A stretch of 64,000 nt of DNA from Mobula hypostoma (GCF_963921235.1 NC_086097.1:29824001-29888000), one strand, 5' to 3'; numbered from the stretch's first letter, positions 23,105-36,841 are shown. A program made the numbers and translations. The notes: generated from the sequence alone by a model not told the origin.

Positions 23105-26100
23105 CGAACATCAGCCCCCCCAATCCCCCCTCTGCAAAAAACTGAACAGAACGAAACAGATACATCAGCCCACATATCCCCCTCCCTGCAAAAAACTGAA
23201 CAGAATGAAACAGACACATCAGCCCCCAAATCCCCCTCCCGGCAAAAAACTGAACAGGATGAAACAGACACATCAGCCCACATATCCCCCTCCCTGCAAA
23301 AAACTGAACAGAACGAAACAGATACATCAGCACCCCAAATCCCCCTCCCTGCAAAACACTGAACAGAATGAAACAGACACATCAGCCCCAAAATCCCCCT
23401 CCCTGCAAAAAACTGAACAGAACGAAACAGATACATCAGCACCCCAAATCCCCCTCCCTGCAAAACACTGAACAGAATGAAACAGACACATCAGCCCCAA
23501 AATCCCCCTCCCTGTAAAAAACTGAACAGAACGAAACAGACACATCAGCCCCCAAATCTCCCTCCCTGCAAAAAACTGAACAGAATGAAACAGACACATC
23601 AGCCCACATATCCCCCTCCCTGCAAAAGCTCAACAGAACGAAACAGACACATCAGCCCACAAATCCCCCTCCCTGCAAAAAACTGAACAGGACGAAACAG
23701 GCACATCAGCCCACAAATCCCCCTCCCTGCAAAAAACTGAACAGAACGAAACAGATACATCAGCCCCCCAAATTCCCCTCCCTGCAAAAAACTTAACAGA
23801 ACGAAACAGACACATCAGCTCACAAATCCCCCTCCCTGCAAAAAACTTAACAGAACGAAACAGATACATAATCCCCACAAATCCCCCTCCCTGCAAAAAA
23901 CTGAACAGAACGAAACAGATACATCAGCCCACAAATCCCCCTCCCTGCAAAAAACTGAACAGAACGAAACAGATACATCAGCTTCCAAATCCCCCACCCT
24001 GCAAAAAACTGAACAGAACGAAACAGATACATCAGCCCCCAAATCCCCCTCACTGCAAAAAACTGAATAGAACGAAACAGGCACATCAGCCCCCAAATCA
24101 CCCTCCCTGCAAAAAACTGAACACGACGAAACAGGCACATCAGCCACCAAATCCCCCTCCCTGCAAAAAACTGAACAGAACGAAACAGGCACATCAGCCC
24201 ACAAATCCCCCTCCCTGCAGAAAAACCAGACAGAACGAAACAGACACATCAGCCCACAAATCCCCCTCCCTGCAAAAAACTGAACAAGATGAAACAGGCA
24301 CATCAGCCCCCAAATCCCCCTCCCTGCAAAAAACTGAACAGCACAAAAAAGGCACATCAGCCCCCAAATCCCCCTCCCTGCAAAAAAAACTGAACAGAAC
24401 GAAACAGATACATCAGACCCCAAAACCCCCTCCCTGCAAAAAACTGAACAGAACGAAACAGATACATCAGCCCGCCAAATCCCCCTCCCTGCAAAAAACT
24501 GAACAGAACGAAACAGATACATCAGACCCCAAATCCCCCTCCCTGTAAAAAACTGAACAGATCGGAACAGATCGAAACAGATACATCAGCCCCCAAATCC
24601 CCCAGCCTGCAAAAAACTGAACAGAACGAAACAGATACATCAGACCCCAAATCCCCCTCCCTACAAAAAACTGAACAGAACGAAACAGACACATCAGCCC
24701 CCAAATCTCCCTCCCTGCAAAAAACTGAACAGAACGAAACAGGGACATCAGCCCCCAAATCCCCCTCCCTGCAAAACACTGAACAGAACGAAACAGATAC
24801 ATCAGCCCCCAAATCCCCCTCCCTGCAAAAAACTGAACAGAACGAAACAGGCACATCAGCCCCCAAATCCCCCTCCCTGCAAAAAACTGAATAGAACGAA
24901 ACAGGCATGTCGACCCCAAATCCCCCTCCCTGCAAAAAACTGAACAGAACGAAACAGACACATCAGTCCCCAAATCCCCCTCCCTGCAAAAAACTGAACA
25001 GGACGAAACAGGCACATCAGCCCACAAATCCCCCTCCCTGCAAAAAACTGAACAGGATGAAACAGGCACATCAGCCCCCAAATCCCCCTCCCTGTAAAAA
25101 ACTAAACAGAACGAAACAGATACATCAGACCCCAAATCCCCCACCCTACGAAAAACTGAACAGAACGAAGCAGTCACATCAGTCCCCAAATATCCCTCCC
25201 TGCAAAAAACTGAACAGAACGAAATAGATACATCAGACCCCAAATCCCCCTCCCTGCAAAAAAACGAGCAGAACGAAACAGATACATCAGCCCCCCAAAT
25301 CCCCCTCCCTGTAAAAAACTGAACAGAACGAAACAGACACATCAGCCCCCAAATCTCCCTCCCTGCAAAAAACTGAACAGAACGAAACAGACACATCAGC
25401 CCACAAATCCCCCTCCCTGCAAAAAACTGAACAGAACAAAACAGGCATGTCGACCCCCAAATCCCCCTCCCTGCAAAAAACTGAACAGAATGAAACAGAC
25501 ACATCAGCCCCCAAATCCCCCTCCCTGCAAAAAACTGAACAGGATGAAACAGGCACATCAGCCCCCAAATCCCCCTCCCTGCAAAAAACTGAACAGAACA
25601 AAACAGGCATATCAGCCCACAAATCCCCCTCCCTGCAAAAAACTGAACAGAACGAAACAGATACATCAGACCCCAAATCCCCCTCCCTACAAAAAACTGA
25701 ACAGAACGAAACAGACACATCAGCCCCCAAATCTCCCTCCCTGCAAAAAACTGAACAGAACGAAACAGGGACATCAGCCCCCAAATCCCCCTCCCTGCAA
25801 AAAACTGAACAGAACGAAACAGATACATCAGCCCCCAAATCCCCCTCCCTGCAAAAAACTGAACAGAACGAAACAGGCACATCAGCCCCCAAATCCCCCT
25901 CCCTGCAAAAAACTGAATAGAACGAAACAGGCATGTCGACCCCAAATCCCCCTCCCTGCAAAAAACTGAACAGAACGAAACAGACACATCAGTCCCCAAA
26001 TCCCCCTCCCTGCAAAAAACTGAACAGGACGAAACAGGCACATCAGCCCACAAATCCCCCTCCCTGCAAAAAACTGAACAGGATGAAACAGGCACATCAG

Positions 26101-26920
26101 CCCCCAAATCCCCCTCCCTGTAAAAAACTAAACAGAACGAAACAGATACATCAGACCCCAAATCCCCCACCCTACGAAAAACTGAACAGAACGAAGCAGA
26201 CACATCAGTCCCCAAATATCCCTCCCTGCAAAAAACTGAACAGAACGAAATAGATACATCAGACCCCAAATCCCCCTCCCTGCAAAAAAACGAGCAGAAC
26301 GAAACAGATACATCAGCCCCCCAAATCCCCCTCCCTGTAAAAAACTGAACAGAACGAAACAGACACATCAGCCCCCAAATCTCCCTCCCTGCAAAAAACT
26401 GAACAGAACGAAACAGACACATCAGCCCACAAATCCCCCTCCCTGCAAAAAACTGAACAGAACAAAACAGGCATGTCGACCCCCAAATCCCCCTCCCTGC
26501 AAAAAACTGAACAGAACGAAACAGACACATCAGCCCCCAAATCCCCCTCCCTGCAAAAAACTGAACAGGATGAAACAGGCACATCAGCCCCCAAATCCCC
26601 CTCCCTGCAAAAAACTGAACAGAACAAAACAGGCATATCAGCCCACAAATCCCCCTCCCTGCAAAAAACTGAACAAGATGAAACAGGCACATCAGCCCCC
26701 AAATCCCCCTCCCTGCAAAAAACTGAACAGGACGAAACAGGCACATCAGCCCACAAATCCCCCTCCCTGCAAAAAACTGAACAGCACAAAAAAGGCACAT
26801 CAGCCCCCAAATCCCCCTCCCTGCAAAAAACTAAACAGAACGAAACAGACACATCAGCCCACAAATCCCCCACCCAGCAAAAAAACTGAACAGAACGAAA
26901 CAGGCACATCAGCCTCCAAA
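23105..26920. repeat. 54-bp minisatellite, about 70 copies, with a 1026-bp (19-unit) higher-order duplication
   Basis: Unit ACATCAGCCCCCAAATCCCCCTCCCTGCAAAAAACTGAACAGAACGAAACAGAC. Variant units recur at a 1026-bp offset (ORFs at 24907/25933, 25447/26473, 24856/25882). Confidence 0.97.
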
Positions 26921-27352
26921 TCTCTCTTGCTGCCGGGAGGAGAGATTTGGGGTTCGATGTGCCTGATCCGTTTCCTGAGGGGGTGATGGGCAAAATGCTG
27001 GAAAATGAGACAAGCTCGAGTCGGCAACTTGGCTGTCGTAGATGAGTTGGCCTCAATTGCTTATTTCCGTGCTGTAAAGTTCCATGCCTCAAAGCTGCCA
27101 GTTAACCACACCTCTGAACAGTACACATGCAAAGCTATGGAGCTCTGTACTTTCCAGTGACAGCCCACAGTCTCAATTCAGGAAAACAAAAATATAATTG
27201 ATTTAACAGATAACAGACCTCAGCATTTTCATCCTTATCACATGATATCCATACAGTACAGAGCACGGAAAGAGCTATATCTTACAGGGAATCGGAATCA
27301 GAATCGGGTTTAATGTCTTGCGTTCTTTATAGCTGCATCAGTATGTTATGAC

Positions 27353-30150
27353 CAAGTATGATATTGTGGCCATCACCGAGATATGGCTAAAGGTGCATGT
27401 CTCTGGGAGCTGAACGTCCAAGGATACATGGTGTATCGGAAGGATAGGAAGGTAGGCAGAGGGGGAGGCGTGGCTTTATTGGTAAGAAATGATATTAAAT
27501 CATTAGAAAGAGGTGATATAGGATCGGAAGGTGCAGAATCTTTATGGGTTGAGCTAAGAAATTGCAGGGGTAAAAGGACCCTAATGGCAGTTATATACAG
27601 GCCTCCAAACAGCTGCAGAGATGTGGACTACAAATTACAGCAGGAAATAGAAAAGGCTTGTCAGAAGGACAGTGTTATGATAATTGTGGGGGATTTTAAC
27701 ATGCGATTGGATTGGGAAAATTAGGTCGGCACTGGATCTCAAGAGAGAGAATTTGTAGAATGTCTGCGAGATGGCTTTTTAGAACAGCTTGTTGTTGAGC
27801 CCATTAGGGGATTGGCTGTACAAGATTGGGTATTCTGTAATGAACTGGAGGTGATTAGAGAGATTGAGGTGAAGGAACCCTTAGGAGGCAGTGATCATAA
27901 CATGATTGAGTTCACTGTGACATTTGAAAAAGAGAAGCCGAAATCTGATGTATCGATATTTCAGTGGAGTAAAGGAAATTACAGTGGCATGAGAGAGGAA
28001 CTGGCCAAAGTTGACTGGAAAGGGACACTGGCAGGAAAGATGGCAGAGCAGCAGTGGCTGGAGTTTATGCGAGAAGTGAGGAAGGTGCAAGACAGGTATA
28101 TTCCAGAAAAGAAGAAATTTTCGAATGGAAAAAGGATGCAACTGTGGTTGACAAGAGAAGTCAAAGCTAAAGTTAGAGCAAAGGAGAGGGCATACAAGGA
28201 AGCAAAAATTAGTGGGAAGACAGAGGATTGGGAAGTTTTTAAAACCTTACAAAAGGAAACTAAGAAGGTCATTAAGAGAGAAAAGATTAACTATGAAGGG
28301 AAGCTAGCAAATAATATCAAAGAGGATACTAAAAGCTTTTTCAAGTATATAAAGAGTAAAAGACAGGTGAGAGTAGATATAGGACCGATAGAAAATGATG
28401 CTGGAGAAATTGTAATGGGAGATAAGGAGATGGCAGAGGAACTGAACGAGTATTTTGCATCAGTCTTCACTGAGGAAGACAGCAGCAGTATACCGGACAC
28501 TGAAGGGTGGCAGGGAAGAGAAGTGTGCGCAGTCACAATTACGACAGAGAAAGTACTCAGGAAGCTGAATAGTCTAAAGGTAGATAAATCTCCTGGACCA
28601 GATGGAATGCACCCTCGTGTTCTGAAAGAAGTAGCTATGGAGATTGCGGAGGCATTAGCGATGATCTTTCAAAAGTCGATAGATCCTGGCATGGTTCCGG
28701 AGGACTGGAAGATTGCAAATGTCACTCCGCTATTTAAGAAGTGGGCAAGGAAATTATAGACCTGTTAGCTTGACATCGGTGGTTGGGAAGTTGTTGGAGT
28801 TGATTGTCAAGAATGAGGTTACAGAGTACCTGGAGGCATATGACAAGATAGGCAGAGCTCAGCATGGATTCCTTAAAGGAAAATCCTGCCTGACAAACCT
28901 ATTACAATTTTTTGAGGAAATTACCAGTAGGCTAGACAAGGGAGATACAGTGGATGTTGTATATTTGGAATTTCAGAAGGCCTTTGACAAGGTGCCACAC
29001 ATGAGGCTACTTAACAAGATAAGAGCCCATGGAATTACGGGAAAGTTACATACGTGGACAGAGCGTTGGCTGATTGGCAGGAAACAAAGAGTGGGAATAA
29101 AGGGATCCTATCCTGGTTGGCTGCCGGTTACCAGTGGTGTTCCACAGGGGTCCGTGTTGGGGCCGCTTCTTTTTACATTGTACATCAACGATTTGGATTA
29201 TGGAATAGATGGCTTTGTGGCTAAGTTTGCTGACGATACAAAGATAGGTGGAGGGGCCGGTAGTGCTGAGGAAACGGAGAGTCTGCAGAGAGACTTGGAT
29301 AGATTGGAAGAATGGGCAAAGAAGTGGCAAATGAAATACAATGTTGGAAAGTGTATGGCTATGCATTTTGGCAGAAGTAATAAACAGGCAGACTATTATT
29401 TAAATGGGGAAAGAATTCAAAGTTCTGCGATGCAACGGGACTTGGGAGTCCTTGTACAGGATACCCTTAAGGTTAACCTCCAGGTTGAGTCGGTAGTGAA
29501 GAAGGCGAATGCAATGTTGGCATTCATTTCTAGAGGAATAGAGTATAGGAGCAGGGATGTGATGTTGAGGCTCTATAAGGCGCTGATGAGACCTCACTTG
29601 GAGTACTGTGGGCAGTTTTGGTCTCCATATTTAAGAAAGGATGTGCTGGACGTTGGAGAGGGTACAGAGAAGATTCACTAGAATGATTCCGGGAATGAGA
29701 GGGTTAACATATGAGGAACGTTTGCCTGCTCTTGGATTGTATTTCTTGGAGTTTAGAAGAATGAGGGGAGACCTTATAGAAACATTTCGAATGTTGAAAG
29801 GTATGGACAGAGTGGATGTGGCAAAGTTGTTTCCCATGATGGGGGAGTCTAGTACGATAGGGCATAACTTAAGGATTGAAGGCGCCCATTCAGAACAGAA
29901 ATGCAAAGAAATTTTTTTTTGCCAGAGGGTGGTGAATCTATGTAATTTGTTGCCACGGGCAGCAGTGGAGGCCAAGTCATTGGGTGTATTTAAGGCAGAG
30001 ATTGATAGGTATCTGAGTAGCCAGGGCATCAAAGGTTATGGTGAGAAGGCGGGGGAGTGGGACTAAATGGGAGAATGGATCAGCTCATGATAAAATGGCG
30101 GAGCAGACTCGATGGGCCGAATGGCTGACTTCTGCTCCTTTGTCTTATGG
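27353..30150 (+). mobile_element. CR1-type LINE ORF2 (APE endonuclease plus RT), 5'-truncated, disabled by a few stops and frameshifts
   Basis: IYRPPNS, VGDFN, SDHNMI (APE). KSPGPDG, QHGF, GVPQGSVLGP, KFADDTK (RT). CR1 3' UTR ending TCTTATGG. Confidence 0.95.
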
Positions 30151-30429
30151 TTAGATCCTCAGAGATATTGACACCCAGGAACTTGAAATTCCTCACTCTC
30201 TACACTTCTGATTCCGCTATGAGGATTGGTTTGTGTTCCCTCGTTCAACTCTTTCTGAAGTCCACAATCAGATCTTTGGTCTTACTAGCGTTGAATGCAA
30301 AGTTGCTGCTACAAAACCACTTGACTAGCCGGCGAATCTTTCTCCTGTATGCCCTCTCATCACCATTTGAAATTCTGTCAACAATTGTATCATTGGCAAA
30401 TTTATAGATGACACACAACCTGCACACAG

Positions 30430-30720
30430 AGGTATTCCTGGTGTTCCCTGTGCATCCTCCTCTACTCTGGTGAGACCCAATGTCAATTGGTGGACCGCTT
30501 CGTCGAGCACCTTTGCTCTGTCCACAACAAGCAGGATTTGCTGGAGGCCAACCATTTTAATTCCACTCTCCATTCCCAATCCAACATGTCAGTCCACAGC
30601 CTCCTTTACTGCCAAGACAAGGCACTCTCAGTTAGGTTGGAGGAGCAACACCTCTTACTCCATCTGGGTAGCCTCCAACCAGATGACATAAATATTGACT
30701 TCTCTAAATTCCAGTAATTT
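30430..30720 (+). mobile_element. Penelope-like GIY-YIG fragment, continuing at ~31480-31695 after the Hero insertion
   Basis: ORF 30487-30717: DRFVEHLCSV...RLEEQHLLLHLGSLQPDDINIDFS. Confidence 0.75.
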
Positions 30721-31480
30721 GGTATAGGTGGCGCCATGATAAGGTGCTTCTGGCTCTTGCTGACACACTAGAGCGGGAGAGATGCAAGAAAAGGACGGCT
30801 GGCACAGATTTGAGGAAGGCCATCACTTTCATCAAAGAGGGAGCCAGGCCTTTCGTAATCAACCAACCAAAGCCCAATCTGCTGCTAATGGCCAGGTCCT
30901 GTGAGACGAGGGTCAACGTGGGAAGGAGTTTGCAGTTCCCGGATGTGGTGCACACAACCCTACGCCCGGACATTGTACTGTGGTTAACCGAAGACAAGAA
31001 AATAATTCTGGCTGAGCTGACTGTGCCGTGGGAGGAGGGATGGGAAGAGGCCCACGAGAGAAAGGCCTTGAAGTACCAGCCCTTAGTGCAGGAGTGTAAA
31101 GACAAGGGATGGCAGGCATGGTTGTTCCCCCTGGAGATCGGCTGCAGAGGTTTCCCAGCCAAATCAGCATGATGGTTGTTGTCAGATCCGGGCCTGGACG
31201 AAAGGAGCAAAAAACAAGCAGCTCGTAGGATGGGGGAAGAGGCAGAACGAGCCTCTTGCTGGATTTGGAGTAGGCGAGAGGAGGGGAGCTGGAAGCCAGG
31301 AACAGATGGGCAGTGATTTGGCCACCACTGCCGGCCCACCAACTGAAGAGTGTTGTGGTTAAGGGTCGAAACACTCGGTGAAGGTTGGGAACCACCTGAT
31401 GACATCTGCTCCTGGCTGAAGGCTATGGTTACCTTATAAGGTAACTGGAGAATGCACCCTAACAGGTGTATGTAACAAGC
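30721..31480 (+). mobile_element. Hero-type non-LTR retrotransposon 3' fragment with restriction-like endonuclease
   Basis: YRWRHDKVL motif, then LRPDIVLW...IILAELTVPWEE...AHERKALKY...LEIGCRGF (RHD and PD-(D/E)xK-type RLE). Confidence 0.85.
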
Positions 31481-31694
31481 TCTCCTCTCCTCCTCTTTTT
31501 TTATGCCCTATTCTTTCTCCCTTCTTACCTCTTCTCTTCTTATCACCTCCATCTGGTTTTCTTCCTCCTTCCCTTTCTCTTATGGTCCTTCCCTATCAGA
31601 TCCCTTCTTCTTGACCCCTTTACCTTATCCATCTATCAGTTCCCAGCTTCTCACTTCACCCCCACTTCCCCCACCCATACTCTCCCTCTTCCCT

Positions 31695-34600
31695 TACCTG
31701 CGGCCGATAAACAGCATCTATGCTCGGCACTGCTTAGCGACACGGCAACAACGGCCTGGGGAATCAAGTGCTGAGTTCATCCAGGCCCTAAGGAAGCTCG
31801 TGCGGGCCTGCAATTGCCAGGAGCTGACAGCGGCGCAGCATGCAGAACTCCTAGTGAGGGACACCTTCGTCACAGGGACCAGGTCAGTGTATGTGCGCCA
31901 GCGGCTGTTGGAAACAGCCGACCTTACCTTAAGTTCGGCGAATGAACTGGCTGACACACTGGAGGCCGCTCTGCATAACTCTGAGGCTCTCCAGGCACGC
32001 GATCCCCCGATGGCCTCATGGGCGCCGCAGAGCCTGCAACCCACCGGCGAATCGACCTCGGCTGCCGTCAGTCACAAGTCCGCGAAGTGCTACTTCTGCA
32101 GATTTGAGAAGCACCCCCAGAAACGCTGCCCGGCCCGAGAAGCTACCTGCTCCAGCTGTGGAAAGAAGGGCCACTTCGCGAAGGTGTGTAAGTCCAAACC
32201 ACTAGTGGGATCGAGCAGCACCGCGTGCAAGACATGCGGGTCGCCATCTTACCTGCCGCCATCTTCCCTGCACGCCGCCACCACGTGCGAGACATGGGGG
32301 TGGCCAACTTGGTCGGCACCACCTCCCACCGCCTACGACCAATGGGTGCTCAGAGGGCATCCCACCGCACCGGACCAAGACAGTGACTCAACTCTGGCCT
32401 CCGTGACCCTCGACCAAAGCACTCCCCACCAGCTCGCAAGGTCAATGATGGACATCCTGGTGGCGGGGCGCAGGACAAGCTGCCTGTTTGACACAGGCAG
32501 CACGGAGAGTCTTATCCACCCGGACACGGTGCAGCATTGCGGACTTGCGATACGGCCGGTAAGTCAGAGGGTCACCATGGCTTCCGGGTCGCATACAACA
32601 GACATCCGGGGGGTTGTGTAGCGACACTAGTGGTGCAGGGCACAGAATATCGAGACTTTACGTTACTGGTCTTGCCTCAACTGTGTGCCCCTGTGCTGTT
32701 GGGGTTGGACTTCCAGAGCCACCTGAAAAGCGTGACAATGAAGTATGATGGGCCCCTCCCGCCAGTCACTGTCGTAAATCCCCAGTTTTGTAAGGATACG
32801 TCACATACCCCGCTACTGACCACACACACACACCGACCCGCACACACCACCCAACACCATGCCAACTGCCGCACTACCGACGCCACTTGCGGCCTCTCCA
32901 CCTTCAAGATCCCTCCCCCACCGCTGTTCGCCAACCTGACCCCCGACTGTAAACCTGTGGCAACTAAAAGCAGGAGGTACAGCGCGGGGGACAGAGCTTT
33001 CATTAAGTCGGAGGTGCAGCGGCTGCTCAGGGAGGGGGTCATTGAGGCAAGCACAAGTCCTTGGAGGGCGCAGGTGGTCGTTGTTTGGAACGGGGAGAAG
33101 AATAGGATGGTCGTGGACTATAGCCAGACCATCAATAGGTTCACGCAGCTCGACGCGTACCCTCTACTCCGCATCGCGGATATGGTCAATCAGATAGCAC
33201 AGTACAAGGTGTACTCGACCATAGACCTAAAATCCACTTACCATCAGCTCCCTATCCGCCAGGAGGACCGCCCTTACACCGCCTTCGAGGCGGACGGCAG
33301 GCTTTATCACTTCCTGCGCGTCCCCTTCGGTGTCACGAATGGTGTATCTGTCTTCCAGAGGGCGATGGATGGGATGGTGGACCAGTGCCAACTGAAGGCC
33401 ACATTCCCACATCTGGATAACATCACCATCTTCGGTCACGACCGGCAGGATCACGACAACAACCTACAAAAATTTCTCCAAGCGGCATATCTTTCAATCT
33501 CACCTATAACAAGTGTGTATTCGGGACCACCCGACTTGCTATCCTTGGGTGTGTCATGGAAAACGGAGTCATTGGCCCTGACCCCGACCGTATGCGCCCC
33601 TTGTTGGAACTCCCTCCTCCCAACACCCTCAGAGCCTCAAAAGGTGCCTGGGCTTCTTTTCATATTACGCCCAGTGGGTCTCTAACTATGCAGACAAGGC
33701 CTGCCCCCTGGTCAAGTCCACCACATTCCCCCTCTCTGCCGAGGCCCACGTGGCCTTCAACCACATAAAAGGGGACATTGCCAAAGCAGGAATGCATGCG
33801 GTGGATGAGGCCATTCCCTTCCAAGTAGAGAGTGACGCCTCTGACTTTGTGCTGGCTGCTACCCTCAACCAGGCAGGAAGACCAGTGGCGTTCTTCTCCC
33901 GTACCCTTCAAGGCCCTGAAATTCGGCACTCCGCGGTGGAGAAAGAGGCCCAGGCCATAGTGGAAGCTATTAGGCACTGGAGTCATTATCTTGCCGGCAA
34001 AAGGTTCACCCTGCTAACTGACCAGCACTCAGTCGTATTCATGTTTACTAACCAACAGCGGGGCAAAATCAAAAATGATAAAATTCTGAGGTGGAGAATC
34101 GAACTCTCCACCTACAACTATGACATCATGTACAGGCCTGGGAAGCTCAACGAGCCCTCCGATGCCCTATCTCAGGGAACGTGTGCCAGCGCGCAGATCA
34201 ACTGGCTATACGCCCTACATGTAGATCTTTGCCACCCGGGGGTCACCCGGCTTTTCCACTTCGTGAAAGCCCGGAACCTGCCTTACTCCCTTGAGGAGAT
34301 CAGGATGATGACCAGGGACTGCCAAGTCTGCGCAGAGTGCAAACTGCACTTCTACCGACCCGAAAAAGGCATAACTCATCAAGACCAACCACCTCTTTGA
34401 GCGACTGAGTGTTGACTTTAAGGGCCCCCTTCCCTCCACCGACTGCAATGTGTACTTTCTTAATGTTATCGACGAGTACTCGCGGTTCCTCTTCGCCAAC
34501 CCCTGCCCCGATACCACTACCACGTCCAGTTATAAAAGCCCTGTGCAAGCTTTTCACTCTGTTCGGATACCCATGCTATATCCACAGTGACAGGGGGTCC

Positions 34601-35621
34601 TCGTTTATGAGTGATGAGCTGAGCCAATACCTGCTGGCTAGGGGAATTGCAACTAGTAGGACCACGAGCTATAGTCCCTGGGGGAATGGACAGGTGGAGA
34701 AGGAGAATGGCACGGTGTGGAAAGCCACACTTTTAGCCCTCAGGTCAAAGGGACTGCCAGTCTCTCGCTGGCAGGAGGTCCTTCCCGAGGCACTCTACTC
34801 CATCTGCTCCCTGTTACGCACAGCCACCAATGCCACCCCTCATGAGCGGCTCTTTTCTTTTCCCCGAAAATCGACCACTGGGACCACCCTACCAACTTGG
34901 CTGACGTCCCCTGGGCCAGTGCTGCTCCGGAAACATGCGAGGAGCAATAAATACTCCCCGATGGTTGAGAGGGTTCACTTACTTCATGCGAACCCTCAGT
35001 ACGCCTACGTGGTTTTACCTGATGGGCGGGAGGACACAGTCTCCATCCACGACCTGGCGCCCGCAGGAGCTCCGGGCCCCTACCCTGAACACTCCGTGGT
35101 GACTATTGACCCCGTACCCACCAATGTATGTACCCACGAGACACTGCGCACTCCAAACCCTACACAGACACCACACCACACTCCCATACCGGGCGCGACG
35201 CACACGCACGAGGGATTAACAACGCCTAACGTGCTGGCACCTCAAGTCAGGTCGGAGCCAGCACAACCGCCATCGCCGGTGCTACGTAGATCACAGCGAC
35301 GGACTCGACCGCCTGATAGACTTGACCTGTAAATATACTTCTTGTAAATATTGTCAGTCACTTCACCCCACGGGACTCTTTTTAAAAAAGAGGAGGGGTG
35401 AATGTGATAAACCATGTATATATGTTGTGACTGGGTTAACTGTCTGGACACAACCCTCTGCTGACTGCCCCTGTGGCTCCTCCCACAGAGTCCTGTATAA
35501 AGGTGTTTCGCCTTGCCCCTCCCCCCCAGACACTCACCGTGGAGGTCGCATTGTACAGCGAATAAAAGCCTTTCGGTATTTTACCTAACCTCAGTCTTTT
35601 GGAGTTATTGAAGGTGCTTCA
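31695..35621 (+). mobile_element. Ty3/Gypsy LTR retrotransposon, 5'-truncated, gag-PR-RT-RH-INT with frameshifts
   Basis: Zinc knuckles CYFCRFEKHPQKRC and CSSCGKKGHFAKVC. Protease LFDTGS. RT SPW..RMVVDY..PFG..HLDN. RNase H ESDAS, EKEA, TDQ. Integrase H-H-CxxC, VDFKGP, HSDRG, GQVE. PPT at 35384-35402. Confidence 0.93.
35403..35621 (+). repeat. 3' LTR (219 bp) of the Gypsy element
   Basis: TG...CA termini immediately after the PPT, with internal TATAAA and AATAAA. Confidence 0.75.
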
Positions 35622-35900
35622 GACACTAAGGTTGGGCTTGGGGCTTTTGCTCGAGAGGAGATGAAGACAGAAGACGCTGGGGAGAACCAATCGTAGCATC
35701 CGATCCGGTGGGAGACCCGTTTGTGCGAGATGGATTGCGAGTGACGTTCGGAAGGCGGTGGGTGCTTTCATGTTGACCGAGGGCCCAGCGCGTGAGTGAC
35801 AGAGAAGTTCAAGGTGAGCTCCAACTCGTGCACATTTGACTGTTTAACTAGAACGGGCTGCTTTCTTTTTGTTATCTTTTACTAACCTTTTAGTTAAGAT

Positions 35901-36742
35901 TGTTACGAGAATACACATAAAATTAAGATGTTTGCTGGCCTGGGCTAGCATCGGTGGCAGCAGCAGTTGGTCTGCCACCTGCCCTCAGGGGAAGGAGAGA
36001 TAAGGAACAATGGAGCAGCGTCTGGAGATGTGTAATGAAGGGATGTGGGAGGAAGAGCTGTCTGGAGCGGCTCCCCCCTTTGAACCCTGAACTGTTTGAA
36101 GTGATGGACAGGCGATACCCCAGCAGGGGGATAAAAAGGGACAGGTTCGCTAAGACAGACACACACGCCACCCGAGGTAACGAGACCCTGGAAGCGGTGC
36201 GCTTCTCACGAGTGGGTGAGAAGTGCCAGACAACGACAAGGGTGGAAAGGTACGATCAGCGGGAACCCGGTGTGTGTCCGCCCTTGCCTGGGTGCCGGGT
36301 TCACTGCAGAGGATCGACCGCATCTGGAGGAGGGGTCACAGTCGGTGACCTCAGGTGACATCACCAAGGACCCGCCCAAATGCTGTTTGTGAGCCATCTC
36401 GCTGGTCTGTGAGTGAAGCAGTGTTCTGAATGATCAGTTGTTCCTATTCTGTCTCTCTTCCCCCACCTTGTCCATCGCCATGGCAACGATTACTGCGACC
36501 TGAACTTTGAGTCATTTTGAAATTGGTCATTTACCCCTAGACAACGATAGAGCTTGATTGATGCTGTTATCTTAATTCTGTGCACATGTGTGGTTATCAT
36601 TGTTGAATTGTTGCATTTATTATCCTTTCGATTACTGTGTTACTTGTTTCTTTAATAAAACTTTCTTAGTTCTAGTACTCCAGACTCCAACTGAGTGATC
36701 CATTTCTGCTGGTTTGGCAACCCAGTTACGGGGTACGTAACA
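35901..36742 (+). repeat. 5' LTR (842 bp)
   Basis: Direct repeat of 39813-40652 with only a handful of substitutions and a 2-bp indel. Confidence 0.97.
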
Positions 36743-36746
36743 TAAG

Positions 36747-36765
36747 TGGGGTTCTCGTCCGCGAT
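36747..36765 (+). promoter_or_regulatory. Primer-binding site, tRNA-Pro-like (imperfect)
   Basis: TGGGGTTCTCGTCCGCGAT versus the tRNA-Pro 3' complement TGGGGGCTCGTCCGGGAT. Confidence 0.7.
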
Positions 36766-36841
36766 TTTGAACGCTAAATTTGGGACGGAGTAAATTGATT
36801 GGGTTAAAATTCCCGAAAGAAAGAAAAGACAAACAGCAGAA

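Noticed and set aside
23022..27092. Long ORFs (up to 777 aa) on both strands; array superficially CRISPR-like
   Set aside because: By-products of a 54-bp unit (a multiple of 3) lacking stops. There are no unique spacers or cas genes, and the context is eukaryotic.
31340..31405. CTGAAGA...GAAA and CTGATGA in the Hero 3' UTR as a hammerhead ribozyme
   Set aside because: I could not build stems II and III with a valid cleavage triplet. An alternative hairpin sequesters the GAAAC.
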